Below are positions 61,434 to 64,000 of a DNA stretch of 64,000 bases, one piece after another. The translations under genes and the position numbers were made by a program. Source of the stretch: Hydrolagus colliei (lineage: Eukaryota); the NCBI GenBank assembly GCA_035084275.1, contig CM068758.1:10540001-10604000 (forward strand), given 5' to 3'. Every line of letters begins with the position of its first letter. Position 1 is the stretch's first letter. The notes beneath the pieces are model-generated. The model saw only the letters and a program-made list of their open reading frames with translations, was not told where the DNA came from and made no database searches.

Positions 61434-63650
61434 CTGCCAAAAAGAGCAGTAAACTTGAGGATTGGGAGGACTTCGGGGACCAACAAAGAAAAACTAAGAA
61501 TTAGTACAGTACTAGGGAAACTGTTGGGATTGAAAAATGACAAATCCCCTGGACCTGATGGTCTGCATCCTAGGGTCTTAAAAGAGATGGCTGATGAGAT
61601 AGTGGATGCCTTGAGTTTGATCTCCCCAAATTCTCTGGTTTCTGGAACGGTTCCCATTGATTGGAAGATTGCAAACGCAACACCACTATTTAAGAAGGGT
61701 GGGAGAGAGAAGATGGCGAACCATAGACAAGTTAGTCTGACATCGGTGGTAGGGAAAATTCTAGAATCCTTAATTGAGGACGTCTTAGTGGGATACTTAT
61801 AAGACCAGAACATCATTAGGCAGAGTCAACATGGCTTTACAAAGCCAAATCATACTTAACAAATCTTTTAGAATTTTTTGAGGATGTAACTAGCAGGTTA
61901 GATAGGGGGAACCAGTAGATGTAGTATATTTAGATTTTCAGAAGGCATTCGACAAGGTGCCACATAAAAGGCTGATACACAAGATTAGGGCCCATGGAAT
62001 TAAAGGCAAAATATTAGCATGGATCGAAGAGTGGCTAACGGGAAGAAAACAGAGAAGGGATAAACGGGTCCTTCTCAGATTGGCAGGATGTGACTAGTGG
62101 AGCACCACAGGATCAGTGCTTGGCCTCAACTATTTACAATGTCTATCAATGATCTGGACGAGGACATAGAACTTAAAATATCTAAATTCGCGGATGATAC
62201 AAAGCTAGGTGGGAGACTAAGCTCTGAGAATGACACAAAAAGAATGCAACAGGATATAGATAGGCTAGGTAAATGGCACGAAGGTGGCAGATGGAATATA
62301 ATGTGGGGAATTGTGAAGTTATTCACCTCAGTCGTAAAAACAGAAAAGCAGATTGTTTCCTAGAAGGGGAGAGACTAGATACTGTTAAGTGTTCAGAGGG
62401 ATTCGGGTGTCCTTGTACACCAGTTGCAAAAAGTTAGTATGCAGGTACAGCAAACAACTAAGAAGACTAATGGCATATTGGCGTTCATTGCAAAAGGGTT
62501 AGAGTACAAGTACTGTACAGGGAAATCTTTCTGCAACTTTACGGGGCTTTGGTGAGGCACCTGGAACATTGTGTGCAGTTTTGGTCTCCTTATTTAAGAA
62601 AGGACGTGCTCGCCTTAGAGGGTGTGCAGCGTAGATTCACTAGGTTGGTTCCTGGGATGAGGGGATGACCTATAAGGATAGATTGAGTAAACTAGGCTTA
62701 CATTCTCTAGAATATAAAAGAATTAGAGGTGATCTTATAGAAACCTATAAGATTCTTAAGAGCATGACAGAAAACAGTAGAAGCCCGTTTATCCGTGACT
62801 CAATGAACTTCCGTATAACCGGCACGCCAAAAAAAAGTCCCCATTTGATAAACCAAAAGTTATCTGGAACAATACCGGTGGAGCATTTGTGATCAAAGTC
62901 GCACAGGTGCAGTATTTTGGTTTGCCACTAATAGAGTCAAGGGTTATCGGCTTGCCGCTATTAGAGTCCAGGGTTATTGGTTTGCTGCTAGTAGAGTGTA
63001 AGGTTATCGGCTTGCCGCTAGTAAGACTTTAAAGTCGCGCTGCCGTTTTTTTCACCCGCACGGCGTCCTTCATTTTAAAAAAAAATCGCTGTACTATAAA
63101 CCTCAACCAGTAAAGGTGAGAAGCACAAGAGAGTAGTTTTAACAATAAGTACCAATACAATATTCTGTTATTATCTGTTATTATTTAGTCTGGTGTGTAT
63201 GGTGTGTGTTAAAATAACTTAAATTTTTTGTATTGGGTTTTCGACAGCGGGCCACCCGAATATCCGGTTGGTGCTTTAACCAGCAATGATTGCCAGGTCC
63301 CACGGGTGCCGGATAAACGGCCTTTTACTGTTTCCCCTGGTAGGAGAAACTATACCTAGGGGGTTACAGTCTTAAAATTAAGGGTCAGCGTTTTTGAATA
63401 GAGTTGAGGAAACACTTCTTCACTCAGACGGTAGTGAATTTGTGGAATTCTCCACCGCAAAAGGCTGCAGATGCTCAGTCCTTGAATATATTCAAGACTG
63501 AGATTGTGATAGATGTCTTATGGATAGAGAGATTAAAGGATATGGGGATAAGGCGAGCAGATGGAGTTAGATTAGAAGATCAGCCGTGGACAGGCTCGAG
63601 GGGCCGAATGGCCTATCCCTTCTCCTTATTTTTATGTCCTTATGTTCTGC
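61434..63650 (+). mobile_element. 5'-truncated CR1 LINE (RT region), interrupted by a MITE at 62775-63330
   Basis: KSPGPDGLHPRVLKE, YLDFQKAFDKVPH and [11 protein letters not shown] motifs with stops and frameshifts; 3' end GGCTCGAGGGCCGAATGGCCTA...TCCTTATGTTCT. Confidence 0.93.
62775..63330 (-). mobile_element. Tigger-like MITE, fourth copy, lacking TA TSD
   Basis: CAGTAGAAGCCCGTTTATCCG ... CGGATAAACGGCCTTTTACTG; flanks are AAA and TTT; contains about 4 tandem 30-bp units GGGTTATCGGCTTGCCGCTA(G/T)TAGAGT. Confidence 0.88.
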
Positions 63651-64000
63651 TCCTTATCACTCACAAACCGTGCAAAAAAAAACATAAAGCAGATTGGGAT
63701 TGTTAATGTTCGCATAAATTGATTGAAAAAGTACTTCTTGTCAAAGATTAATGAATGTTCATGTTATGGGAATAATCTGCATGTTTTGTAAAAGAATAAA
63801 GTTGGGTAGATCACTTACAATGAATTTTAAAGCAGGAAGCATACATAATATGTGCATCATTTTATTGAAGTTCAGTTTAATCCCTATTGGAATGATTTCA
63901 TTGAATTGCCGTTTTATATATCTGATGCAATGATGACCAGTTGCAGATCATGAAAATAAATGAAATGAAATGGGAAAAAGCAGCCTTATTTGACTCTGAT

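Larger units (their letters stand above)
21108..64000 (+). other. Intron 1 of the Sidekick gene (continues beyond the window)
   Basis: Starts GTAAGC; no DDVAPYFKTEP-like exon 2 seen in the ORF track or by eye; SDK1 is known for a very large first intron. Confidence 0.7.

Noticed and set aside
61266-62892. ORFs with RT-like motifs as a functional reverse transcriptase gene
   Set aside because: Fragments of a 5'-truncated CR1 with stops, frameshifts and a MITE insertion.
62915-63025. 30-bp repeats resembling a CRISPR array
   Set aside because: Head-to-tail tandem units without unique spacers, inside a MITE in vertebrate DNA; no cas genes.

Overview
Eukaryotic (vertebrate) genomic DNA. The repeat content (tRNA-headed Deu-domain SINEs, L2 and CR1 LINEs, Penelope remnants) points to a cartilaginous fish, most likely a holocephalan (chimaera); this is an inference. 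I can support one host gene: the CpG-rich, TATA-less, CCAAT-rich promoter (about 18750-19200) and first coding exon (20474-21107, + strand) of a Sidekick cell-adhesion gene, most likely sdk1. About 43 kb of its first intron follows, and I saw no exon 2. The rest is intergenic or intronic DNA with decayed mobile elements, and nearly all other listed ORFs are noise or LINE fragments. I found no complete new multi-gene system. The most unusual items are: (1) a 2.25-kb CpG-rich hAT transposon with a 5-bp target duplication whose transposase is largely replaced by an antisense RTE-clade LINE 3' end; (2) a roughly 190-aa extension ahead of the Sidekick signal peptide; (3) Penelope-type hammerhead ribozyme remnants whose two copies together rebuild a canonical core; (4) a TA-targeting MITE family with shared ends but different hairpin interiors. 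Family names come from motif recognition and memory, not database searches. Repeat boundaries are read by eye (about +/-20 bp) unless TIRs or TSDs are quoted.
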